A stretch of 55,709 bases of DNA, filler included, from Dirinaria sp. TL-2023a (Eukaryota): the NCBI GenBank assembly GCA_051941275.1. It is 4 parts of 4 records of this genome, joined end to end, with 100 filler letters (N's around TTAATTAATTAA, not from the genome) between each part and the next. Parts side by side here need not be neighbours in the genome. Positions count along the whole stretch, not along the records: positions 1 to 13,881 come from JAVEBF010000644.1; 3 more parts are not named here. The stretch is one strand, 5' to 3'. Shown in pieces: positions 1-11,667 of the stretch. Below the pieces are notes generated by a model. That model was not told the DNA's origin. It made no database searches and saw only the letters and a program-made list of their open reading frames with translations. The position numbers and the translations under genes are program-made. The first letter of the stretch is position 1; the number at the start of each line of letters is the position of its first letter.

Positions 1-57
1 CCCAAAAAACCCAACACGAAAAAAAAATAAAATAAAATAAAATTTCAAAAAAAGGAT

Positions 58-188
58 CGTCACCGGCAGGGTTCGAACCTGCGCTCCCGAAAGAAATAGA
101 TGGCTGAATTTTTTTCATTTCCAAAATTTATTTATTTCACAAATTTTAAAATTCAAGTCTATCGCCTTAACCACTCGGCCACAGTGAC
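58..188 (-). tRNA. tRNA-Ser(UGA) with 50-nt intron (151..102)
   Basis: Minus strand reads GTCACTGTGGCCGAGTGGTTAAGGCGATAGACT-TGA-A [intron] ATCTATTTCTTTCGGGAGCGCAGGTTCGAACCCTGCCGGTGACG. Acceptor stem GTCACTG/CGGTGAC, A and B boxes, long variable arm, G discriminator, T-run terminator downstream. Confidence 0.95.
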
Positions 189-575
189 ATGAGTTCAAAA
201 TCTGCTTATTATAATATATATTCTTGTTTTTTTGTTTATGTTTGAAATGGAATTATTAAGGTGTCACCCGAACGAAATACAGGTTTGCGCAAATTTTTGT
301 TTTTTTTTTTACAAGAGTGTAGGATTGCAATAAGAATGGCAAATTGAGTTCTGTTTTGGGGGTCTAGTATACAAAGCAGGGCCAGACAGAGCTGGTGCCA
401 TGCGTATGTAGAGTATGTTCTATCATCTAAATGCAACCGGGTCGCTTTTTTTTTCTTTCTTTTTTTTTTTCCTAGCAAACATATAGCGCCATCGTTCGCC
501 TCGCTACCCTTGAAGCATACAATCCACAATATCCGTATTTCCATTGTCCCATGATTGCCACCAGCACTTTTATGC

Positions 576-1981
576 TTACGCGGTCCCCCTTGGCTTAGCC
601 TTCGCATCCTTCTTGGCCTTCTGTTCCTGCTTCTGCTTCTTCTTGCTCTCCGCCTTCTTCTCCTCTTGCTTCCTCTTCAGACTCTTTACCTCTTCGTCCG
701 TCTTCTGCACCGGCTTGAAGAACCCTTCCAGCCGCGCTTGCTGGGCCGATTTGAGGTTCTTGTTCAGTCGCGTCGACGCATTGCGGACGCGATCTTCGCT
801 GAAACCTTTTTCGTGCACGAGGAATTGGACAAGCCCTTCCACGTCCGGGGCTTCCCATTTGAAGTCGCATTCCGGGTGGTCTGCGGAGCGGACGTCGGGT
901 TCGAAGAAGAGCAGGCGAGCTTCTTTGTAAGGCCAGTCGTCCGGGATGGTGTACTTCTTCTTGGGGTCCTTTTGGATAAAGTCCACCACATTTTCGAGCG
1001 TCTTGTGTTCGCGGATGAGGTTTAGTGCTGTTGAAGGGCCGATTTTGGGGATTGGGTCGACGTAGTCGCAGCCCAGTAAAATGCAGAGGTCGACGAACTA
1101 AAATACTCATTAGCTCTCACTACAATATCGGAAAAGTGGTTGGCTTGCCTGTTCTCGTTCCATCTCCAATCCAGCAAGCACCCGATCCAAATGAATCTCA
1201 TGGATAGGCTCTTTACGCTGCTCGCTGTAGGTAAGGTGGCGAATGAGTATGGGTGTGTTGAAGCATAGTGTATCCATATCTTCAGATGCAGCAGCGTAGA
1301 CCTTGCCAGCTCTTGCTAACACCGCACATTGCGCTTCGGCCTCTGTTGGCGCCACAATATACGGCACCCCCATCAAGCGCAATAGACGCTTGCACTCCTC
1401 GTTATGCTCCCTTGTGACTTTGACTGTCCGCCTTGAAAACTTTTCCACTTCTTCAGCGGTTCCTGTCTCCATAGCTTCTTCATGTTGTTCTTTCGCTTCC
1501 GTCTTCCTCGCAAACCGTTTTGCGAGTTCTCCCGACTTGAGTTTGGGGGGTGCACCATCGAATACGAAAAGCGGCTTGATGCCATTGTCGACCATGCGCA
1601 ACGTACGGTAGAACATGCCCATCAAATGCGAGGTGGTCTCGCCGCTCTCGTTCATCAGTTGCTGGCCTTCTGAGCGGACGGCGACTAGGAAGCTGTAGAT
1701 ACTCATGGACCTGGAATGGACGACTCTTAGGACGATTCATATGTAGCATGAGTGGAAAATAGGCATACGCATCCTACAGCCTTGTTAATACGTACAAATT
1801 TGGATCAGGCGTCTAAGTCTGAACTTACAATTGCAACCTTCCTACCGAATTGATTCTTGATCTCACCAACTTTGACCGCATCAGGTGCATTGTCGTTGAT
1901 GATCGAGGCCAGCTCTGGGGAAAATCAGCTTGTTCTTCCGTAGCAATTATTGAAACATAGATGATTACGTTTTATGCCCAT
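576..1981 (-). CDS. FEN1: Flap endonuclease 1 (spliced, with a 5-nt microexon and a GC-AG intron)
   Basis: MGIK start at 1981. Motifs [54 protein letters not shown] box QARLEGFF and a basic C-terminal tail. Confidence 0.97.
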
Positions 1982-2125
1982 TTTGACGAAGTTCAGGCTA
2001 GTAATGGGTATATACTGTAGATTCAGGTACGAGAGTTGGAGGTTGATGTACTCTATGATAAACAGTGGTGCTGCATCTGCAGCAGTAGCGGGGAGTCGCG
2101 CTTGGCGTCGCGGGTTTTCTCACTC

Positions 2126-2131
2126 ACGCGT
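2126..2131. promoter_or_regulatory. MCB element (ACGCGT) upstream of FEN1
   Basis: ACGCGT about 145 bp upstream of the FEN1 ATG, with two GTCGCG nearby. MCB sites are typical of fungal G1/S replication genes. Confidence 0.6.
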
Positions 2132-2481
2132 CACGCTCGAGGCTTCTTTTTTATTTTCAATTTTCAATTTTCAAATTTGGAAAAGGTACAGCTTCCACAT
2201 TCGAGTCCACCCGAACACCGATTGAAAAATTCAGAGACAACCTTAGCACCTGTTACATACATAACTTTATGTCTTCTAAATACCGCTTATTAGTACCGCT
2301 CTGGCCCTTTGAGCGTGTCTCTACCAGCTGGATGACGTAGATGCCGAGGTTCAATTAGATGGAGTAATCTGAATTTGTGGTAACATTCTCTGTGATTTTA
2401 GATGGTTCTCCTCTTTCTTCGTCCTTTCATTTTCTTTTTAATTGCTATGGTCTTTTTATCTCTCTCATTCGAGCGTTGGAT

Positions 2482-3903
2482 ATGATCCGAATTACGGTCC
2501 ACAGACCGCTTACCAAAGCTGCTTCTCTTTCGAACCTTGGGCGGCGCTACGCGCATGCTCCTGTTGTTTTCAACTGGCAGGACCCACTGGACTCCGCTTC
2601 TTTGTATACAGAAGAAGAATCAGCAATACAAGAGTCTGCTCATTCATACTGCCAGGAACGAATGGCACCCAGAGTTCTAGGTTGGGGACAATTTTCAGCA
2701 CCTATGTTTCTATACTAAGTCCATACAGAGGCATATCGAAATGAACAATATGACAGAAAGATTTTGGAAGAGATGGGCGAATTAGGTCTCCTAGGAGCAA
2801 CCATCAAAGGGTACGAATGCGCAGGCGTCAGTAGCGTGGCATCTGGTCTTATTACCCGAGAGGTGGAAAGGGTAGACTCTGGATACCGGTCAGGCATGTC
2901 TGTACAAAGTTCATTAGTCATGGGTGGGATAGATGAGTTTGGATCTAAAGAGCAGAAGGACAAATACCTCCCTGGCCTCGCTAAAGGCAGGATGCTTGGT
3001 TGTTTTGGCCTGACAGAGCCGAATCATGGCTCAGACCCTGGATCGATGGAAAGCACCGCGAAGCCGCATCCGTCTAAGAAGGGTTACCTGTCAATATCGG
3101 GGTCCAAAACATGGATCACCAATTCACCCATTGCAGACATCATGCTCGTATGGGCGAAGCTGCAGGAAACTGGGAGAATTAGGGGCTTCTTGATAGACCG
3201 AGCAGAATGTCCTGCCGGCACTCTAGAGACCCCGCCCTTGAAAAACAAAAATGGCTTGAGAGCCTCGATCACCGGCATGATCCAGCTGGACGAGTGCCCT
3301 GTACCCGAAGCCAACATGTTTCCTGAAGTCGAAGGCTTGAAAGGCCCTTTTAGTTGCCTCAATTCTGCTAGATTCGGTATTTCCTGGGGTGTCATGGGTG
3401 CACTTGAAGATTGTATACACAGAGCAAGAGAGTACGCCCTTGAGCGTCGACAGTTCAAGAATAACCCGATAGCAAAGTATCAGTTGGTGCAAAAGAAGCT
3501 AAGCGACGCTGTCACAGATGCGTCCTACGGCATCCTGGCTGCAACGCAAGTAGGTCGGCTAAAAGACGAAGGCAAAGCAGCGCCGGAAATGATATCAATG
3601 ATTAAGAGGCAGAATTGTGATAGAGCCCTAGCGAACGCAAGAACGTGCGTGAAGCCCATGTCATGAAAGGGTTGTGATTTCTGACTGCATTTAGATTGCA
3701 AGAGATATTTGGAGGCAACGCTGTAAGTGACGAGTACGGCATTGGGAGGCATGTGGCAAATCTGTTTGTAACACAAACTTATGAAGTCTGTTCCCATTCT
3801 ACGCTCGTACTAGAAGGACCGTGCTAACCTTTCGCAGGGCCAAAGCGACATACATAGCTTAATCTTAGGCCGTGCCGTTACGGGTATTCAAGCTTTTGTA
3901 TAG
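2482..3903 (+). CDS. GCDH: Mitochondrial glutaryl-CoA dehydrogenase (acyl-CoA dehydrogenase family, spliced)
   Basis: [49 protein letters not shown] and terminal [24 protein letters not shown]. Three GT-AG introns. Confidence 0.93.
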
Positions 3904-4671
3904 AGAACGTGCACCAAAAGCCTTGCATTTATGCTTTACGATGCGATTATTACATTTACAGCGCTTCGACTGACTGAGTTTGGATACTGCGAGATTCGAC
4001 AACGTTTATCGTGGCGAGGCTGCTTCCTGCAACAAATTATCCATTACTCTACCATCTTGAGCTTTACGGCGTCCCTGGGCGGCCAGTCTTTGTGCTTCGA
4101 CGAGGAGGTGAAACATTTTCGACATGGCGGACGATCACGGCTACCTAAAATTGGAGACTACAGCGAACCGGGAACATGCAGAATGATTTCTGAAGTCTAA
4201 GAGTTGTGGTATTGATTTTGATGTGTAAAGCATCTAAATCCGCAATTATCGTACTAGCGAAAAGTACATCCCTATGAGGCGTGCAGGCGGGGCACCAAAA
4301 TACATTAAGTATGGAAGGTATTATTGGTAGCACTCGAGGCGAGTACAAATAGAGAGGTGATTACTCAACATGTGCTACTTAGTACATTACCTTAGTAGTG
4401 ATAAGAGCACCGTCCGGACTGGATGCCGAGACACCACTATTCTGGCTCTGCACCAGATCCTGCGCACCACTGGATCAGTAGGGAGGGGCACTACTATTAC
4501 TCCCGGTCAACCTCGACTCTAAAGCGGTGGTCATGCCTCGATGGAGTCGGGAAGTTTTCCAAGTAAGGTAAGGTAGTGCATCCTTTGCTACGTCATCTCC
4601 TATCGCAGTTGTTCTACTAGAGGTCCCCCCTTCTCAACCTTGTGTCTTCTTCTTTCTCTCCCCTCGTCAAC

Positions 4672-5718
4672 ATGGCAGAGACTCAAAGAGCCCCAGTGCC
4701 TGCGCATGAGATGATCTATGAGCAGCAACAATTGCCCTCTTTACGTTCAAATAGGGGAAAGTATGTGGAACCCTCCTCAACCGGCTGGATGCGGCCAACT
4801 TCACGAGACACCCCCGTGGAGGAGATGCGCAGACGGTATAAGGAGGACGGATATGTCTGGATCAAGAATCTTATGCCCCGCGAAGATGTCTATGATATGA
4901 GGGAACAGTACGGAGGCTCCAAGTCTCAGAATATACGTAGTCTGATAAGTTGCTGAAAAATCACTAGTTACTTTACTCACATGTCTCCAACTGGGCTTCT
5001 ACTTCCTAACACTTCTCCTCGCGATGGTATTTTCAACTCAGCCCTGGACCCGTTAGCTCATCAAGGCGTTGGAGGCACCCCAGAACAATCCGCTCTCGAG
5101 CTCATTGATGCTGCTCATGCAACCCCTGTATATCGGAAGTTTCTTACCCATCCTGATCTTCGGGGCTTTGTCAGAGAATTCATGGGATGGGAGCAGGAGG
5201 TTCTTCTCAAGCGTGGCATTCTTCGACATCATTCCCCCGGCAGCCTGAGCACCGGCATCCATTATGACCAGATCTTCCTCCGCGGTGGGGAGCCAGAGTT
5301 TCTCACCGCATGGGTGCCAATTGGCGATTGTACCGCGACAGGCGGGGGATTGATGTACCTCGAGAAGAGTGCGGAGCTAGGCAAAAAGATTGAGAAGGAC
5401 TTTACTGAAAAAGCAAAGCTACTGCCGGCCGGAGATCGCATTAGTGCTTTCAATGCCAATATGGAAGCTGGAGGCTTTATATCTCAAGACGCCGATGAAT
5501 TCAGTCGCATCGAGGCAGAGGGAAAACTCCGGTGGTTGGTAGGTGACTATGAAGCTGGAGATGTTGTGTTCCACACTCCGTGGATGATTCATGCGGCCAC
5601 ACAGAATGAGGATGAGTTTGGTAGGATAAGGCTGGCTTCGGACCTAAGGTTTTATGAGAAAGGCGCAGCATTGGACAAGCGCTGGATGAAGTTCTTCACA
5701 TATAATGACGGCTTATGA
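4672..5718 (+). CDS. Phytanoyl-CoA dioxygenase (PhyH)-like Fe(II)/2-oxoglutarate dioxygenase
   Basis: YKEDGYVWIKNL, HxD motif (GIHYDQ), TAWVPIGD, GDVVFH..MIHA and RLASDLRF. One intron at about 4908-4968. Confidence 0.85.
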
Positions 5719-6129
5719 TGTTAAAATTTGGCCCCGAGCATCCCGGCGGGAGGGAGCGATATAAGTTCTCAAGACAATGTCGTGCTCGCCACTTTTATTT
5801 TCCTTCAATGAATTGATTTAAAGAGGGATCAGTCGACGGTTCTACGTTATATTTGCACTTTCCTTTCCGCTGGTGCCTGGTCCGCTGCTTCTCTCGGCAA
5901 AGTGAGTTTCAAGCTCGCCTTTCAGAATTGAATGAGACAAGTCGGATCTTCGGTGAAACTGTAAGGTCAGGTACAAGTAGAGCACTTTAAGGTAGGTAAC
6001 CTCTAGATATTTTTTAGGGTTGGATTCAGATAGTTTCTGCCAACCCTAAACTCGGGAGCTTTTGACGCCATCCTGAGATAGTGATGTCTGGGCTCCGCGC
6101 CCAACAACATTCAATTCTACCGGTCCGAG

Positions 6130-7399
6130 ATGGCTGACCGGCACGGAGCGACAAGGCAAAAGGTGTGTAGGGTTCTAATCAGGATTGAGTCTTGTTCCCA
6201 ATGCTAATTCGATTAGCCGAGTCTCCTGAGGTCGGTCATAGCGGGCTCCACGGCCGGCGCTGTCGAGATTGGTAAAATCTGCATTTCGGGGGACGATTCG
6301 GCTGGCTGACGTTTCATCTTGCCAGCTATTACATATCCAGCTGAATGTGAGAAAGATCCCTTACTCTATAGCAACGTTGTTGATGAAGGTTCGAACAGTT
6401 GCAAAGACCAGAACACAACTCAACCGTCGACTACCGGATGGGCAGAAACTTGGGTTTCCTCCTTTCGGCAAAGCTTGGTATGCAGGATGTACAACTTTGA
6501 TAGTCGGGAATTCACTCAAAGCCGGAATCCGATTTGTCGCATTCGACGCCTACAAGTCCATGCTTCAGGATGACAAGGGGAAGCTCTCAGGGCCAAGGAC
6601 TGTGATAGCTGGGTTCGGCGCAGGGATTACCGAGTCGCTGCTTGCTGTCACACCGTTTGAGAGTATCAAAACCTCATTGTATGTCTGGAATCGGTACACT
6701 CGATGGATGGCGTGCTAAAGGATACTGGTGGCATAGAATCGACGACCGCAAATCGGCCAACCCTCGAATGAGAGGCTTTCTCCACGGATCTAGCCTAATA
6801 TTTCGCGAACGTGGTATAAGGGGGTTCTTCCAGGGGTTTGTGCCAACGACAGCTCGACAAGCTGCGAATTCAGCTACAAGATTTGGAAGCTACACAACAA
6901 TCAAGCAGTTCGCGCAGGGATATGTGGCCCCGGGCGAAAAACTCGGGACATTGAGCACTTTCGGCATAGGAGGACTCGCTGGCCTTATCACCGTGTAAGC
7001 TGTCAGCAACGAGCAGCACGAAGGAGTTGCCACTAATTTATGAATAGCTACGTAACTCAGCCGTTGGATACAATAAAGACACGGTGAGTGGCGGCTATGG
7101 AGGTAAATTCTTTTCAGGGCTCATTAAATCCAGCATGCAATCAATCGATGCTCGCAACGAGTACAAGAACAGCTTTACTTGCGCAGCAAAAATATTCCGG
7201 GATGAAGGGCTCTTGACATTTTGGTCAGGGGCCGTTCCACGCCTAGCAAGGTTGATATTGAGCGGCGGAATTGTATTTACGATGTTCGTCCTATTCAGAT
7301 CTGTATCCTTGGTTTGCTAATCTGAACGCTGGTTGATGCAGGTACGAGAAAACAATGGAAGGCCTCGATAAGCTAGATCCGAACCAACAATACATATAA
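6130..7399 (+). CDS. CTP1: Mitochondrial tricarboxylate (citrate) carrier, multi-exon
   Basis: Three carrier signatures (ITYPAE..KT, VTPFESIKT, TQPLDTIKT), plus GNSLKAGIRF, RQAANSATRF and PRLARLILSGGIVF. Confidence 0.92.
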
Positions 7400-7769
7400 C
7401 TATGTTCATTCGGAAAGGATCAATATGTTCACTCTGGTGGGATTGCTGACATAAGATAATCGTACCTTGATGTGCTTCTTGGCATTGGAAGTCTTCACCA
7501 GGGCATGCTAAGGTACAGTACTTGAAGCAATTGTACCTGAAGGTCGGTAAGCTACCTTAGGGTGGGGCCAAGCATGAGGTCACTCAGCCAAGCTCCCTGG
7601 AATCTTTCCCATTCGCGAACAGAGCCTTCTTGTCTCAATGGTGCACAGCATCAAGATTCTACATCAACTCTTCTACCTATTGATTTCTATCATCTCTGCA
7701 TACTGTATCAGCACGTTCTGGATACATACTTCTGGTTACCTCTCTCAACTGCCACATAAGGTGGCCAAG

Positions 7770-8580
7770 ATGGCTTGGATATCCTCAGGTTCATCCAACA
7801 AGGCCCTAATTGCGAATTTGGCAAGCAACAAATTGATAACATCGGAGCGGGTCAAAACCGCCATGCTAGGTGTATGGCTTTCGCGGCCTTTTACGTTCCA
7901 GCTAACTAAATGCTCGACCGCTGACAGCAAAGGATAGGTAGATCGCGCTCACTATGCTCCGGCTCTACCATATCAAGACTCTCCGCAACCAATAGGCTTC
8001 GGCGCTACAATATCAGCACCGCACATGCATGCGTCAGCCTGCGAATCTCTTCTCCCATTCCTCTACCCTGGCGCCCGCGTGCTTGATATCGGGTCAGGCT
8101 CGGGCTACCTGACGCATGTCTTGTCAAAGCTGCTCGGTGACGAAAGTGAAGGCAGAGTCGTTGGCGTTGACCACATTCAAGGTTTAGTCGATCTAGCAAC
8201 AGGAAACATGCAAAAGAGCGACGACGGAAAGAAGATCTTGAGTAATGGCAAAGTCAAGTTCGTAAAAGCAGATGGGCGAAAAGGTTGGGCGGAAGAAGGG
8301 CCGTACGATGCGATTCATGTCGGTGCAGCTGCCACTGAAGCGCATCCTTCATTGCTAGATCAGCTAAAGGCGCCTGGAAGGTTCGCCATTGATAGTGTTG
8401 ACTCTTCTCATGGGAGGAAGCTGACAAATGACGTATAGAATGTTCATCCCGGTGGGAGATGCTTACTCCCAGTATATCTGGGTTATCGACAAGGATGAAA
8501 CTGGGAAGGTCCAGAGGGAGAAGTCGTTCGGAGTTCGCTACGTTCCATTGACAGACGAGCCGACTGCGGGAGAGCATTGA
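7770..8580 (+). CDS. PCM1: Protein-L-isoaspartate O-methyltransferase
   Basis: [41 protein letters not shown] and GVRYVPLTD. Two introns. Confidence 0.93.
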
Positions 8581-9001
8581 TCGCTCTATGGCAAGCTGAA
8601 TTGTGTAGCAATCGGAAGTACGCACCGGAACTACCTGGATATGGACTGGGGGATCGAGCTCTAAAATAATTGGTAGCCACGCGAAGCGTGATATAGGAAT
8701 TGCGTAACTATCCTCTACATCTCTCCCGGATGCAGTGCTTTCGCAATTAAGATACATAAGTTATTTATCGCTGCAAAGCTACCTTAGCGGACATGTGCTG
8801 TTTCATTAACCTAAGTAGGCACACTTTCCCTTTAAGAACCGCATCTACACCTAAGTAGCGGTATAGAAACCATGTGAATACCGTATCGATATGGTGAATA
8901 AGAATTACTAAGGTGAGGATCAGTTACTTACTTCTATTCTAGGACTACCGCGACTTCTTGGTATCCTGGGATCGCATATCTCGGCCCAAGGTACCCTCGT
9001 A

Positions 9002-9017
9002 CCTAAGGTACCTTAGG
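9002..9017. repeat. Perfect 16-bp palindrome CCTAAGGTACCTTAGG built from the recurrent TAAGGTA motif
   Basis: Read directly. Lies about 150 bp upstream of the MAM33 ATG. Confidence 0.8.
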
Positions 9018-9164
9018 GATGGTGCCAAGGCTCAATAGGCAATCCAGGGTTGATGTAGGTTTAGAAATGATTTAGCATCAGGATCGCTCGTCTTGAATCA
9101 GCCAACGATAATTTTGTTAAAATCCCTTCTTAACCCGTACTTTGAGCCTACGTTACTTCTCGAT

Positions 9165-10359
9165 ATGATATCTCTAAGGAATCTCGTGCGCGCTGCTCCT
9201 CGCTCCGTACCGAGGTTGCTTTCAAGGTCCTCGCCACGGCTTTTCTCTAATGTCCGCTCAACCTCCCTACTCCAGCGGTCACGTACACTATCACCGAAGC
9301 CTCGATGCGCCCCCTTTTCGACCTCACAAGCTGTATGGGAGAAAGAAGGGCAAAGTAGCTATGCTCATCGATGTCTAGGTTTGCGGTCACTGACACTTGG
9401 TGTAGTCGATCAGGAGCTTTCTGCGAAGATCGAATCCGAGCTTCAAATGGAGAAAGATATAAGGGATTCGGAGCAATACCCAGCTGCTGTTCAAGAATAC
9501 ATCGATAATAGTCCATTTAAAGTATGTTCCTAGTACTGTCATTCTATGAGTTGCGCTGACTGTTCTAGCTACATGATACGCCAGGTCAAGAAGAAGTCGT
9601 CATGACCCGTCAATTTGGGGACGAAACGTGCGTCAAAAGCCTCACCATCGAGGGTTTTATTGCGCTCTACTAAATGCACTTTCTTCAGGATTCGGCTTTC
9701 TTTCTCCATCGCCGACCTTGATGCGGCGAACCAAGATCCTGATCAACTAGCCGAAGATCGAGCGCTGGAAGATGAGTATGGAGAGGATGTACCCACGGAT
9801 ACTCAGTCGGGTGGAGCAAATACAAAGGGCGCTGTCAACCAAGGGCGTACCAAGGGAGGCAATATAGCTGTTGCTCCAGAGGATAGGATAGCGCCAGCAG
9901 ACCGCCCCGAGCTCGCTGATGATGCTCCTGAGGGCGGAGAGGGCAGTGAGGAGCCTAGCTTCGCGGTGACGGTCAACGTGACAATCGAGAAGCCCGGCAA
10001 GGGATGCATACAAATTGACACCACGGCTCAAGATGGCATGATCAATATCGAGAACGTCCACTACTTCAAAAAGGGAGAGCTAGCGGATGCACAGACGGCG
10101 GAACTGAATTGGTCAAAACGAAATTTGTACGCTGGGCCGCCATTCGGTAACCTCGATGAAGACCTCCAGGTACTACTGGAGCGATACTTGGACGAGAGGG
10201 GTGTCAATACGGCGCTCGCTTTGTTTGTACCAGACTACGTCGACTTCAAGGAGCAGAGGGAGTATCTCAGCTGGTTATCCAGTAAGCAGTCTTTGCAGCA
10301 CTGATTGGGTACTATTGCTGACATTTTATGTAGACCTGAGATCATTCGTCGATGCATAA
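9165..10359 (+). CDS. MAM33: Mitochondrial acidic matrix glycoprotein (Mam33/p32 family)
   Basis: R/S-rich presequence, DQELSAKIESE, YAGPPFGNLDEDLQ, YLDERG and KEQREYLSWL. Four introns. Confidence 0.92.
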
Positions 10360-11667
10360 GGGGGAAATGTTCGGTTCGATTCTCCTTGTACATCCAGCTC
10401 GCATCCAGTTATTTCCACTCCAAGCGCTGTCAAAATTCGAATTGTACAATAACGGGTAGTTGAGACATCAGAAAATTTTAATATTCATGCATTTCAAGCG
10501 CAGCAGGATTGTTCACTTCATAAAGATAACCTGAGATTGAAGCCTCGAATCCAGTCCTTAAGAAGGGTCCACAGAGTCACTATTTGATTTGAATTGATAT
10601 TCGTTGGTCTACCTTATTATGAGCAGGCTGGACGCTGTTCCCCTTCAATGACATCTACATATGTAGGGTAGGCCTGTCCAGGTTCCTATGCAAGATCTCA
10701 CCCTTCACTGCGCGCTTTGCACTTGCTGGAACTGGACTATTAGAGTAGCGGAAGTAGACGCTATATAATAATAATGCGAATCGACGATTGCATTTTCAAG
10801 GATCGAAAAAAGCCATTATTCATGCGCGAGGGCTCGCTCGCTCGAGCGTTCGGCTAGACGAAAGGCCGAGGCTCGCGAGACTCCCGGGGCTCCTCTGGTA
10901 ACTGCCAAGGCTTCTGATGCATGAAGATCCACAAAGTACAGTAGTCTGAAGCTCCCCTGAAACACCAAATCCCCTTTACCCCTTCTTAGCTTGTTCGAGG
11001 TTGGCTCCAGATTTCGTGCATCACTGGTAATTCTGCATCCCCATACACGCCCAGCTGACCACTACGATATCTCGTCGATGAGGGTCGAAAGGTTGGGTGG
11101 CGTTTTTGGGGGGCGCTTTACCTTTCCAAGCCAGAAGATGAAGCAGAGGAGGTTATGCTGTGGAAAAGCGATGTCACCCATATGGCCCAGCCTTTGCTAC
11201 ACCCTCTGAGGGTGGCAAAGGCCTATCGAAATGCCTTCTTGTCCATCTGTCTCCCCAGCATGGCTGCTGGTCACCAAGCGCCAGATGATTCCTTTCGTCT
11301 CCTAGTGTCTATGCAATTAAGAACTTTCCTTCAAGCTCTATTTTCTACCTGTCTTGCAACCTGTAGTCGAGTCTCGCGGCTAGTGCCTATCTGAGGAAGG
11401 TACATTCTTTCACTTCCACAACGGGCAGGGACCCATCGCGCAGGTCGCTTCTTCTTCCAGGAAGGAAGGTGAGAATGGTTCTTTCCATTTCTCCGCTGTG
11501 GCTACATACTGACGACACAATCCTAGTTGAGCTTTGTTCCCCTAAGTCTCTGACGATTCACGGCGTACACTTTCATCGTTCCTTGTCTACGAAATCACTC
11601 TCATTACCCGCTGCACCATTTTTCTCCCGCTGTCAAGACGGAATTGCATTGCCCGCAACTCGGGAAA

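Noticed and set aside
58..188. Suppressor or selenocysteine tRNA
   Set aside because: The anticodon is 5'-UGA-3' (reads Ser UCA), not UCA. The body is a normal serine tRNA.
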